From positions 7,254,001 to 7,318,000 of the forward strand of contig JAWMAR010000006.1 of assembly GCA_036785375.1 (NCBI GenBank): a stretch of DNA of 64,000 nt, read 5' to 3'. Under the pieces are notes generated by a model. The model did not search any database. It was not told the DNA's origin and saw only the letters and a program-made list of their open reading frames with translations. This DNA comes from Leucoraja ocellata (Eukaryota). Positions 29,101 through 41,386 of the stretch are shown here, piece after piece (the stretch's first letter is position 1; the number at the start of each line of letters is the position of its first letter). The translations under genes and the position numbers were made by a program.

Positions 29101-30968
29101 GTCTGGCAACTCATTTACCACCCTAACCATTCATTCTTTTCAACATTAGTGCCATATACAAAATGAACTGCAGATACTCATCCAGGATATTCTGACAGCA
29201 CCTCACAGGGCAGAACATCTATCACCAGGAAGATCAAGAGCAGCAGGCTCATGAAAGGACCACCATCTACAGATTCCCCTCCAGGCCACTCATTACCCTG
29301 ACTGAAGGGAGACAGTGTAATGGTGTATTTAGTCCATGATAAACCCATGTAGTGCAGACAGTGAAGTGAAAATCATTTCAGCAATCTTTCCTTCTCAGTG
29401 CTGAAAATTATAACGTATCATAATTATTGCCCTCAATAGTGGGCTAGAAGGGAATCTGGAGTTCTGCGGCTAAGTTAATAAAAAAGGAATGTTCTCTCAC
29501 ACCTGGAAATCTGCTTGAGCCCACTACAGAGTGTACTGGAAACATGTGATCTAGCCAATCGCCTTGCTTGGCACAGGATACATGAGGAACACATCAAGGT
29601 CAATGGAAACAGTGCTGAAGATCTGAAGAATCATTAATGATACCTAAGCACTTTTGTATGTATGTCCTGATATCAAGATAAATATAAAAGTAATCAAAAA
29701 TACAAAGTAAAAGGGAGAATTTGTTATTTTTCTTTTTTTACATTTTTTTTGTTTTTCGCCGAAAAATGAGGAACTTAATTATTCAGCATTGTTCTGACAG
29801 TCACGAAAAGTGTGTCAACACTTCTGTAGGTTTCCCAATCAGAGGCGTTACCATGGGAAGGGGGTTGGGTCCAGGGGTGCTGCACATCTATATAAACGGG
29901 TATACAGACAAGGTTAATAGATACTTCATCGGGCCACATCAGATCAAGGTGAGTTTGCTAATCCAAGGCTTCTGCCTTATTCCTTGTGTAGACTGGGAGG
30001 GACACGACTGGATAGAATGGGATGGAACAGCTTGGGCATGGGATGGAGCCTCATGAAATAGGAGGAGAACTGTGCCTGTTTTATCTTAAGGTCTAGATAG
30101 AACAGGGAACAAATTCCTTGGTTGCAGTGTTTCAGAAATGTTTTCATTCTCTTCTATTCTTTCTCACTCTCCTTTTCTGAATTAACTCCAATTTGGTGTT
30201 GTCTTTAATTTTTAATTGGTTCTATAATTTGCAAATAGCAACAACATATGTTCCCAGTGCCAATTCCTGTGGAACACCAGCTTCTAGTTTGCATTGCTTC
30301 CTTTAATTCATTTTATATGAGTATTAGAATTGCAAGGAACGCATAATGGAGATATTACATTGGCAGAGATGGCAAATACAAGGATAGCTGGGGCCAATAA
30401 TATTTTGTGAACATTTCTTAACCATTAAAAAAATCATATTCCTCCAAAGGCATTATAAGGGAATTAATATAAAGCAACATAGGAAGGTGTTTGGCATTAG
30501 AGTACCTATTGCACATGCATTATATTCTAATCATTACTTAAGGTCTTCACAATTTTTTTTCTGGATGGTACCCTAGTGTACAAGCCCAGGATTTATTGCC
30601 CATTTCTGTTTGCTTTGATAAGTTGATGGCAAGCTGCCTCTTGTATTGCTGAAGTCCCCATGGTAAAGGCATACCCATAGTGCTATTGGAGATGAGCTGC
30701 AAGGATTTAGAGCAGTGACAATATATTTCCAACATATGGTTCACGACTTGGAGGGAATCTATAGATGCTGGGTGTTACCATGCACTTGCCACCCTTGACC
30801 TTATTAGCAGATTTGGGAGGTGCTGGTGGGATAGCATAAGGGCATAATGGCAGAGGAGAATTTAGGGTGTTGCAATTATAACAGAAACAATTAGATGGGG
30901 CAAAGGCATGAGAAACTGGCCATAATGTTACAAATAACTGAATGGCTTACTCCAGTTATTATTTTCAA

Positions 30969-31100
30969 AGTTTAGTTAAGTTTAGTTTAGTTCAGTTTAT
31001 TGTCATGTGTACCGAGGTACCGTGAAAAGCTTTTTGTTGAGTGTTATCCTCTCAGCGAAAAGACTATTCATGATTACAATTGAGCCATCCACAGTGTAAA
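30969..31100 (-). repeat. 3' end of a LINE/SINE with (TAAAC)n tail; other copies near 4640, 36695, 37047, 62512
   Basis: Recurrent GTTTA repeats followed by TTATTGTCAYGTGTACCGAGGTACAGTGAAAAG. Confidence 0.65.
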
Positions 31101-31849
31101 TAAAGTATATGATTGTTTATGCAGCTTAGCCTGTGTGAATGTTAATGCATTAATAGTATTCAGTACAATATGACTAATTTATTGATAGTGAATTAAAAAA
31201 ACCTGTTATACAAAGTTTGTTATTCTGATCACTGAGTGATTGATTGGAGGAGAAAGGGCTCTGCTCCCCATCATTGCAAGAATCACACTGGATGTTAATC
31301 CATTGTTAATGTGGCACAATTCTTGATCTCATCTGTGGTGGAACTTTTCAGATGCATTTTTGAGATGTGGACATTTATTCCCGATGAGAGTGTCACATAA
31401 GGTGAGGCCATGGAAGGATAAACATTTGGAAAAAGAAGTGAACCGACATTAGTTTTGTATGATGTTTTGACAGCATTGTGGTCACATTTCTGGCTGTAAT
31501 AACAATCCTTGAGGAGAACTTTGACAATAGTATGGTAGGCATAGCACAGGACTGGGCAGACTCGGGAAAATATGGTAAAAATCGGGTAATTAAAGATCAT
31601 CAACTTCCCAATTATTCTTCCCACAATCTCCAGTCTGCTCCCAAACTTGTTATCCCTCCAACCTCTGCTGAAATCCCCGTCCCCTATTCCCCATCTATGA
31701 CAGGACACATACTGGTGCCGATCATAACATTTCCCCTTTTCAAAGTCCTGATTTCCAGTCCACTTCCAAAAGACAATGTCGGTCCCTCTTGTTGGTATCT
31801 ACCCTTCCAACAATGCCAGAGGGTTGAGATCCTAAGAACAAACATTCAT

Positions 31850-31964
31850 GGGAAGTCTCCTACTTCACTTATCAACCGCCCCCTGAAGGGTTTGCTGGGA
31901 TTTCCAGATATATAAAGTAAGTAATTTTGTTTTCTTTCTAGCTTATTATTTTGGATTATTGATC
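31850..31964 (+). promoter_or_regulatory. Candidate cathepsin core promoter and short non-coding exon 1
   Basis: kB-like GGGAAGTCTCC (31850) and GGGATTTCC (31897), GC box CCGCCC (31876), TATATAAA (31909-31916), donor GTAAGT at 31965, acceptor at 32198-32199. Confidence 0.55.
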
Positions 31965-32209
31965 GTAAGTTTGAACTGTACTTAAGTAGAGCAAATGGGC
32001 GAGTAGGTACTAATCCAGAAACAATGCCTGCATAGTATTTTTCTGTTTAATGAGGCTAAGATGAAAAGTTGTGAGCCATTGGAACAGAATGATATCAGCA
32101 CCATTGCTCTCCATTCAGAGTAATTTAATAAACTATTTTCATAATTATTAACGAATATGGCCCACTCACGTTTTAGCGTCATTTCTTTTTCTCCTTTAGA
32201 TTGTCGAGA

Positions 32210-32341
32210 ATGTACTTCCCATTGTTTCTGGGCTTTGTGGTGGGGGTTATTCTGGTCAGAGCCTCAGAAAACACGTTTGATTCATCATTGGATGTAGAAT
32301 GGAAGAACTGGAAATTGCAGTACAACCGGCATTACACAGAG
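32210..32341 (+). CDS. Cathepsin L/K/S-like cysteine protease, first coding exon (signal peptide, propeptide start)
   Basis: MYFPLFLGFVVGVILVRASENTFDSSLDVEWKNWKLQYNRHYTE, then GT donor. Confidence 0.93.
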
Positions 32342-32958
32342 GTGAAATAGAATGTGTTTTCAAATGCAAACCTATCCTGATGTATGTCAGGAGAAAAAAG
32401 GACAACTGAAGCATTCTCTTTCTTTTTTTTTTTAAATCAAAATCTTTTTTATTTTGTTTTCAGGACATAACAAAGTGCAAAGTTGTCTATTTGTTACAGA
32501 CAGAGTGTACGAAAAGAATACATAAAAATCAACTTATTCTAACATATAACAAGACAACAATAAATAATCAGAGCATCTCAGAGCATCTCCTTCTCCTACA
32601 CCAACCCTCCAAGTATGAAGAAGGCCAGCCAGAAAAAGGGTCCTGACCCAAAACATCACCTATCCACACTCTCCAGTGGTGATGCCCAACAAACTGAGTT
32701 GTTCCAGCAGCTTGTGCCTTTACTTTGTCCCTATCTCTATACTTAATAATCTGACTGATGAAGGCCAATGGACCAAAAGCCTTCTTTACTAACTTATCTA
32801 CCTGCGATGCCACTTTCACGGAACAGTTCACCTGTGATCCTTCTGCTCTACAACACTCCCCAGGGCCACCATTCACTATTAACTTTGAATCCTAATGTAT
32901 AAAAATGATGGTAAAGGGAGGTTATAGAGCATGACTTTGCCATATTGTCTTTTTTCAG

Positions 32959-33081
32959 GGTGAGGAGAGCAACAGGAGAATGATTTGGGAAAGTGCTCTG
33001 AGTTACATTGAACAGCACAACCGAGAGTACGCCATGGGGAAGCACACATTTACTGTGGGAATTAACCAATTTGGAGATCTG
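32959..33081 (+). CDS. Cathepsin L-like exon (I29 propeptide, ERFNIN/GNFD motifs)
   Basis: GEESNRRMIWESALSYIEQHNREYAMGKHTFTVGINQFGDL; AG/GT-bounded. Confidence 0.95.
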
Positions 33082-33149
33082 GTGCGTACAAGATACTAAA
33101 TATGTGTGTCTCAAAGATGCTAGTTACTGAGGTGTTAATACTGAGTGAT

Positions 33150-33465
33150 ATTAGACAATAGACAATTGGTACAGGGGTAGGCCTTTTGGCCCTTTGAGCC
33201 AGCACCGCCATTCAATGTGATCATGGCTGATCATCCACAATCTGTACCCCGTTCCTGCCTTCCCTCCATATCCCTTAACTATCCCTAAGAGTTCTATCTA
33301 ACTCTCTCTTGAAAGCATCCAGAGAACCAGCCTCCACCGCCCTTTGAGGCAGAGAATTCCACACACTCACAACTCTCTGTGTGAAAAAGTTTTTCCTCAT
33401 CTCCATTCTAAATGGCTTACCACTTATTCTTAAACTATGGTCCCTGGTTCTGGACTCCCCCAATA
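33150..33465 (-). mobile_element. CR1 3' fragment in cathepsin intron
   Basis: GESRTRDHSLRI...FFTQRVVSVWNSLP plus tail. Confidence 0.85.
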
Positions 33466-35176
33466 TTCAGTGATATCACCTAACAAAGTCCTATCTATAT
33501 TGCCAACATCTGTTTCTCCTGTCCTATTACACCATATTTCATCTCACCAGCGCATCCAGCATCACGGTGAACCTCTGCTGAGAGCCTAGTGTTCCCTTTG
33601 CGTTTGCCCCTGGGAAGTGAAAGATCGTGATGGTCATGGCTGCACCAGTCCAAGTAGCACTCAAGAAATGATGACTGTGCATCATGCACCAGCTACATCC
33701 ATCTCACATGATCCTCACCTCGTTCATTGAACTAAGATGGCATTGTTGATGGTTACTTGTATCATGCAAGTTGAAAAATGTTGTGACTTTGAACTTGAAA
33801 TAAAATTAAAATCAGAAATATTGGAAAACAGTTCAAAATATCAATGGTGACTCCAATCCAGAGGCATTGTCTGCCTCAGAGTGCAAGCTGCAGTTTGTGT
33901 GGCTATTGCATTTGGTCAGTGCATCAAAACCAATCTGATCCTTGTGCCAGTTCTGACCAAAGATCTTGGACCTTGAAGATGTTTTGTTTCTAATTCCACA
34001 GATGCTGCCTGATCTTCTGAGAGTTTCCAGCATTTTCTTTTTATCTTTCCGATCCTTTTGCACTTTCTTTGTTCTGGTGCATTGAATTACAGTCAAATGA
34101 GGAAAGGCTGCCTGACTTTCTTCACTGAGTTCAAGAGCAGCGACTCAAAATATAGATGCCACCAGTAGTCCAGATAATAATGAAAGTTTGCCTGATGAAG
34201 AAATCTGAGAGATTCTTAATCAATGAGGCTCAATGTTGCCCCAAATAATTTAGCATTGTGGAGTGGCAGTTGTTGCCCATTTCTCTAATTGGTCAATGTG
34301 CTCTCTGAGATTATACCCACTGTGGAAGATTGTTTCAATATTATTATAGAAATTGATTCCACATTAAATATGTTGCATGAATAATAACAGCTCCAATTTG
34401 TTTATTGGAAGTTTCTAACTTAAACTCCATACTTACCTTTACATCATTTCCTGGGAATAAAAATTTTTTAGAAGTTTGTTTGTAAAAATCAAAAGATCGA
34501 TGTTGCCCAGATGAAAATTACATTGAGACATTTGTCAATCCTGTTAACATAAATCATGATTAAGGACAGACATCAATCATTATTAAGATGCCAAAACCTA
34601 CTTTGAAGAAGTCCTCCTCTCTCCAGCCAGAGTTCTGCAACACCCTCTCTCGCTGCAACCCCTCACTGCTCTTGTACCCCTCTCCTCTGACTCTCAGTCT
34701 GAAGAAGGGCTCAACGCTGAGTTACTCCAGCATTTGGTCCACTGAGTTACTCCAGCTTTTCATGTTTACCTTGGCTGTATTGTGGGTTGGCCCATTAAAA
34801 GCAACTTCATGGTTCCAGATCTGTAAGGAAATGTGCTTCTAATGAAAGAAATTCAACCCCTAATGCCCTCTTCTCCTGAAGCAGTTTGGCAAGACATGGG
34901 GGAGCTCGATAATGGCAATTTGAAAAGTTGCCTGGAAATTTAACCATTTTACAAATTTCTAGACTAATGTACCCATTGGAATGTGCTTGTGTGATAAACC
35001 TGATTTAAGTCTAAGAATAAACAATACTGCAGAGAGTGTTTGATATTCTCACCTCTCCTGATCTTGTAAATGAAATACTGGTGAAATATGACCTCAGGAG
35101 GTTTGATATCCTCCTTGTGCATATACTCCAAGGACAATCACTATATTAATGAATGTCCATATCATTGGCTTCTTAG

Positions 35177-35350
35177 ACAAATGAAGAGTTCAATAAATTG
35201 ATGAATGGATTCCTCATAAAAGAAGGTGAAAGCCCAATTGCAAAAGTTGAAGAATGTGATGGGTTTGATGAAACTAATGAAAATGACCTGAAATTGCCAG
35301 AGTCTTTCGATTGGAGGAAAAAGGGTGCAGTCACACCAATAAAGGACCAG
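35177..35350 (+). CDS. Cathepsin L-like exon (pro/mature junction)
   Basis: TNEEFNKLMNGF...LPESFDWRKKGAVTPIKDQ, including the oxyanion-hole Gln. Confidence 0.95.
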
Positions 35351-36394
35351 GTAAAAATTGGAGGAACCCCCCCCCCCCCCCCCCAGTGATAAATGTGATG
35401 TTCTATTGAGGCATTGATGACTTGTAGGTAGCAGTAAGGAGGATGAGTATTTGGTTTTATGTCTTACTTGTCAGAAAATGCTACTCCTGCTTGCTTCTAC
35501 TGCTGATGTCTACTGAGTTTAGCCGCACACCTAAAGTAAAATTCTTCCTCAAATATTGAAAGTATATATGCAATATACTGCATACAATGTATTCTATCCC
35601 TTGTGCCCCAAACCCCAGTTCTGTTGAAGTTGAAGAAGCTATGTGTTAGACACATAGTCTTTTTCTCAGGGTTGGGGAATCAAGGTCTCGAGGGAAAACC
35701 TTATAAGATGAGAAGCCAAAGATTTAATAGGAACTTGAAGGGTAACATTTCACACAGATGATGGTATGCATTTGGAATGAACTGTCAGAGGAAGTGGTTG
35801 AAGCAGGTAAAGTAACAACAATTAAAAGACATTTGGATGGATTCATGGATGGGAAATGTTCAGAGACATATGAGCCAAACCTGGGGAATGGCACTAACTT
35901 TGATGGGTCATCTTGGTTTTTGGTAGATAACGGTATCAATTAAGATGTGGAACAGGGAATGATATGAAATTAGATCGCATGATGTCAAAGAATAGCAGAG
36001 TAAGCTTGAGGGACAAAATAGCTTGCTTCTTGTTCCTATGTCCTTAACATGTCCATTTCATGATCCACAGCTAGTCATTTTTTGCTATTCCATGCCAATT
36101 TATTAAGATGCCTAACTGAGGAGTGTCTATGTTGTTTGTAGACCAAAGCTCACCTAATCTAAACGTGTTACATATGCAATCTAGATTAGATTCTGACCCC
36201 TCATCATTCAATTCGGTGTTGGCTTGTGATACCTGGGCTCACAATAAACAAGCAATAGTTCAGCAAGCAAAGACATTTTATTCTGAAAGCAGAATCAATA
36301 CAAATAGCAAATAGTAGTCCATCTCGGTAGAGATGAAATGGATGTGATTTTTAAATTGGAATGCTGTTGGTGTGACAATGTTTGTGATTACCAG

Positions 36395-36610
36395 GGACAA
36401 TGTGGCTCCTGCTGGGCCTTTAGTGCAACTGGAGCCCTCGAGGGACAGATGGGAAAAAGAGATAAACTTATTTCTCTGAGTGCGCAGAACCTGCTGGATT
36501 GTGACATTCGATCTAACGGATGCGATGGTGGATATATGGAAAGTGCCTTTTTTTGGATTCAGACGGAAGGTGGCATAAACTCTGAAAAAGTATATCCATA
36601 CAATGCAATA
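36395..36610 (+). CDS. Cathepsin L-like exon with catalytic Cys
   Basis: [18 protein letters not shown]...LSAQNLLDC...GCDGGYM...YPYNAI. Confidence 0.97.
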
Positions 36611-37994
36611 GTAAGTCTCTTTTCAAACTGTACTTGATTTTTTTAAGTTCATTTGCAGTGTTAGATAGAAAAGTATTACATTTGTCTGAATAGTAGAGTT
36701 GAGTTGAGTTTATTGTCATGTGTACCGAGGTACAGTGAAAAGCTTTTGCTATGTGTTTACCAGTCAGCGTATATCTTCTCTGTTCAAATACATTATTTGG
36801 TTAGGGGATTCATAAAACATTTTATTGCTGGTACCTGATGCCCTTCTCTCATTGCCCCATTGTCACACCAACAGCATGAACTGAGAAGGCAGTCATTTGC
36901 TGGATCAGGATGGAAGACTTTCTACCATGAAAAATATTTGAACCAGCTGTAATTTTACAACACCCCTGTAGGTTCATGACCTTTGCAACTGGAGTCAGAT
37001 TTTTTTCACTTGCAGATTTTAAAATTATTTTAATTTAACGTCACCAGTTTAGTTTATTTTATTGTCACGTGTACCGACGTACAGTGAAAAGTTTTTGTTG
37101 CATGCTAACCAGTCAGCAGAATGGCTGTACATGATTACAATCGGGCCATCCACAGTGTATAGGTACTTGATAAAGGGAATAATGTTCAGTGCAAGACAAA
37201 GTCAGATTAAAGATAGTCCAAGAGTCTCCAATGGGGTAAATAGTAGCTCAGGACCGCGCTCCAGTTGTTGATAGGATGGTTCAGTTGCCTGATAACTGAC
37301 GGAGTTACTCCAGTACTTTGTGTTTTGCTCACGATTCCCCAAGCTGCTGCGATGAGATTTCAGCTCAGGACATCGGGTCATCAGCCAACTCTTTTGGCTG
37401 CTAGTCCAAGAATGTAACCATATCCCTTGATCTGTGATGCTGGGTGCTGGTGTATCACTCGCCTGAGTCCACAGGTCATGTATGCTCCGTAAGCACGTCT
37501 CCCAACCAGCACGTCCTTGGGATGAAGATGATGATCATAATTGTGTTACTCTGGCTGTGTGGCAGCAGCTGTGCTACTGCTTCAGCACAATTTGATTAAA
37601 TTTTGGGGCACTCTGCACAGAAGACGTTAAGCTTTGATACAAGCTTTGATACAAGGGAAAATTCAGAGTAATTCAGGGAATATTAGATTTTATCTAGGAA
37701 TATAATGCTGTTCTCAGATAAATATTGATACAATTGGTACTTTTGTTGATGTTGTTTCTTCAGCAACTATTGACAGATGTTCGTAGAATTAACATTGTGA
37801 TGAGCCCAATACAATCCACATTTCCTTGATTATCGTTCGTTTCTGCATATCATGCATTCATTTGTCCTATGTACCGTCTGTATGTCTTCTTCCCCTTTCC
37901 TCTGACTCTCAGTTTGAAGAAGGGTCTTGACCTGAAACCTTACCTATTCCTTTTCTGCAGAAATGCCTGACCCGCTGAGTTGCTCCAGCTTTTT

Positions 37995-38464
37995 CAAGAG
38001 TCAAGAGAGTCAAGAGAGTCAAGAGAGTCAAGAGAGTCAAGAGTCAAGAGTCAATTTAATTGTCATTTGGACCCCTTGAGGTCCAAACGAAATGCCGTTT
38101 CTGCAGCCATACATTACAAACAAATAGACCCCAGACACAACATAATTTACATTTTACATAAACATCCATCACATTGCTGTGATGGAAGGCCAAAAAAACT
38201 TATCTCTCCACTGCACTCTCCCCCCCCCCGATGTCAGAGTCAAAGTCAAAGCCCCCGGCTGGCGATGGCGATTGTCCCACGGCCATTAAAGCCACGCCGG
38301 GTGGTGCAAGATCGCACACCGGGTTCTTGATGTTGGATCTCGGGCGGGAGAAGTCGCCGTTGCAGGAGCCCTGAAAAGCGGTCTCCCTCCAGGGACCCGT
38401 GGGCTCCTGGTGCCGCCGTCCGCAGACCCGCAGTAGCAGCCTCCGAATCTCCGGAGGTCGGGCC

Positions 38465-38506
<42 letters not shown>

Positions 38507-38826
38507 CTCCACCACCGCTCCACCCGCTCCGGACTCGGCCAGCTCCCCGACGGTGACGGTGCGTCGTCGGCACCACAGTCCCCGGTCTTCTTCTGCTGGA
38601 GGCTGCTCCTCATTGCAGCCCCAACGACAACGGAGACCCGACAAGAAAAGGTCGGGTCTCCCGTGCAGGGAGAGATTTAAAAGTTGCCCCCTCCCTCCCA
38701 CCCCCCCCACACACACACACCCCAACAAAAAATAACAAAAACTACATAGAAACATAGACAAAAAATAATAAAAACGCGGACGGGCTGCAGAGGCCGCTGC
38801 TGACGAGAGTCGCGCCGCCTACCGGA
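37995..38826 (-). mobile_element. GC-rich non-autonomous retroelement with tandem-repeat tail and internal (CAG)13
   Basis: CAAGAG(AG)T tandem tail at 37995-38052; CpG-rich body; CAG run at 38466-38504. Confidence 0.6.
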
Positions 38827-39603
38827 TACAAGCAGATTTTTGTGTCTGTCTGTTTGACAACCTTCTAACTTTTTACCATTGGCATGCACCTTCTGCCTCG
38901 AAATTAAAAAATGTTGATGTTAGAAATCTGTAATAAAAACTGAGAATACTTCAAACATTCAGTAAGTCAGGCAGCCTTTGTGGAAAGAAAAAACATTGTG
39001 AAAGAGATAACATTTCAGGTCAAAGACCGTTCATCATTATTAATGGTCTGCAGCCTGAAACATTAAGCCTGTTTCTCTTTCCACAAACACTGCCTGACTT
39101 GCTGGGTGCTTTCAGCATTTTGTGTGTGGTGGTACTTGTCAGACACTGATATGCAGCCTGTTTTCATGGAGGCAAACTGAGCTCACAACTACAAGAGATC
39201 GGCGTGCTGTCTGACTCCGTCCTATCCAGATTTGCCACCTTGTGTGTAAAATATGGAATTGAACGAGTGAGCACCTATTGTTGTACAGCTTTTTGAATGT
39301 GCTCTTCCTTGCTTTGAATCCATTCTGCGATTCTGAGCTACACTAATGGCAGCTTTGGAGGATCCTGGGAAGTACGTTGGCCAATATATTTATATAAGGA
39401 GCGCTTTCAATTTTTACCTTGTTCTCGATTTTCCCTTTCCATTTGAACATGCCAACAATAGTTGTACATTCAATTTCTGAAGAACTGCATCAGCCTAAAG
39501 GCTGAGGGGCTAATACAATATCTCGCAACTATATCATTGGCGTCTCGCGATACATCGTGGATGTAAATTAACTTTGTATTCTAATGATTGATTTATCAAT
39601 TAG

Positions 39604-39766
39604 AAGTCCGACTGCAGATTTAGGAGCGACAAGGTTGTTGCCAAAGTCAGTCAGTACTACACGCTCAGAAAAAACGAAACAGCTCTGGCAATAGGCGTGA
39701 CTAATGTTGGACCAATTTCAATTGCTATTGATGCAGGCCTTAAATCGTTCCAATATTATAACGAAG
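39604..39766 (+). CDS. Cathepsin L-like exon
   Basis: KSDCRFRSDKVVAKVSQYYTLRKNETALAIGVTNVGPISIAIDAGLKSFQYYNE; phase 1 donor; NET sequon. Confidence 0.93.
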
Positions 39767-41280
39767 GTAAGAAACAGAAATTATCCATTCCAGGGATTAT
39801 GTTTAATAGAAAGTAGAATTGTATTAAATGTCACACTTCCTCTGCTAACTTGTTTATCATTAATAATTTCTGTTGAATATTTATAATTCAAACCGTATTA
39901 ACTTTCCATCACAGTCAGGATTTATCACTGCTTGGCACTTGCTATCTTGTGCTGCCACAAGCCACCTGTCCATTCCAGCATTCACATTTTCCATAGCGTC
40001 CCTTTCATGGTAGCACTTACTATATTTCCCTCGCCCTGAATAAAGATTTCACAAGACTTGCACTCAAAATACAACCCAACCATTTCTTCCTATCACTGCC
40101 ATGATGGAAAAATATCCTCCACTCCTGCATCAAATCATTGAAATAGCACTTTAACTTCTGTGACCAGTCACTCTTCTTATCAATTTTTGTATTCTGTTTG
40201 GTAAAACATAGACTTCAACTAACATATGATTAGAATATTCAAAAATACAATAGGGTTGAATTTGTTGTTATTAAACCAAACTTGGGGATAGAAAACACAA
40301 CAGAAATGTATTAACTAGATAAAGAGAAAGGGTTCAGTAAAAAGGATTGGCACGTGCTTGCATTCCAGCCTGCCCTTGTGCTCATGTAGTAGAACACTGT
40401 GAGTGATGGAAATCTGACTCAAAGGACCACCATCAGTTTCATTGTTTTTTTCAAAATCATTTCGTGACTTTTTGAGGTAAAATCAATTCCACTCGTGTCA
40501 TTATTTGTGGATATTTTGTGCAAAGAACAATAGGCAACTTTATTTATCATATATAGATTAGAATTAACTATTGACAAGTTGCACAGAATGATCAAGTACA
40601 ACATTGTGCTTACAGTTGTGAAAAGGTTCCCAGGTTTCTCACGTGTTTAACTGACATTGCACTGACCAAAATGTATCCAAACATAAATGCAAACAATAAA
40701 TGTATCACTGAACAATATAGCGAGTGGCCTTTTCACATTCTAGATTATAAAAAAACATTATGAAAATCAATTATTTTGGGAAGAATCCAAAAGAATATGT
40801 ATTGTTCCACAAATTGTCTTGCTTGAATGCAGGCTAATGGTGCTTGAGACAACTGAAGTATGAGCTGGGCCTTTTAATTCCTGGCTTCTTGGCTGAGATC
40901 CCCCAACTGCCTAATCCCCAGAAAAAGATTGAGAACATGTGTTCAGCTTTAGTCAGCAAATTTTGCAGTGATTTGGAAATTGATGTTAGGTGCATAGGAG
41001 AAGGTAACCACCAGAGCATTGGCCAAGGAAAGTGGAGGTAGAATACAAAGCGAAGGTTGGAGGGCACAGATTCAACACAGCAAATGTATATTGGGATTTC
41101 ACATTACAAACATGAACATTGTGGGTTTATAATGGAAATGTAGGAAACAGTATCAGAATTGTGACAAACAAAAGTGAACTGAATTGCAGAGTGCATAATA
41201 ATTGCATGGCAAGATATTACAAAGAACAATCCCTTGTCAATACATGTTCTTCAATCATATAAATAAATGTTTCTTACCAG

Positions 41281-41386
41281 GAATCTACTATGATCCACAA
41301 TGCTCCAATCAATATGTGAACCATGCAATGCTGGCAATTGGATATGGCACAGAAGATGGAAACAATTATTGGCTTATTAAAAACAG
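41281..41386 (+). CDS. Cathepsin L-like exon with catalytic His and Asn
   Basis: [36 protein letters not shown]. Confidence 0.97.

Larger units (their letters stand above)
21880..29300 (+). mobile_element. Very old fragmented LINE (APE endonuclease and RT remnants) hosting the LTR element and later insertions
   Basis: QPDIVVFSESY...GYVLYHCQDR..RG (APE-like) at 21965-22085; RLFPDNC (FADDC-like) near 28250. Confidence 0.55.
18760..32460 (+). repeat. Segmental/tandem duplication copy 1 (paralogous to 54188-64000)
   Basis: Colinear near-identity over unique and repeat sequence, apart from the 3.9 kb LTR insertion and small indels. Confidence 0.97.

Noticed and set aside
31478-31915. 145-aa ORF repeated at 63021-63458
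   Set aside because: GTG start, no recognisable domain, overlaps the candidate promoter; conservation is explained by the recent duplication.
37995-38052. Regular short repeats as a possible CRISPR-like array
   Set aside because: No spacers; simple retroelement tail in a eukaryote.
38200-38761. Poly-Ala, poly-Cys and poly-Leu ORFs
   Set aside because: Frames through the (CAG)13 tract of a repeat element.
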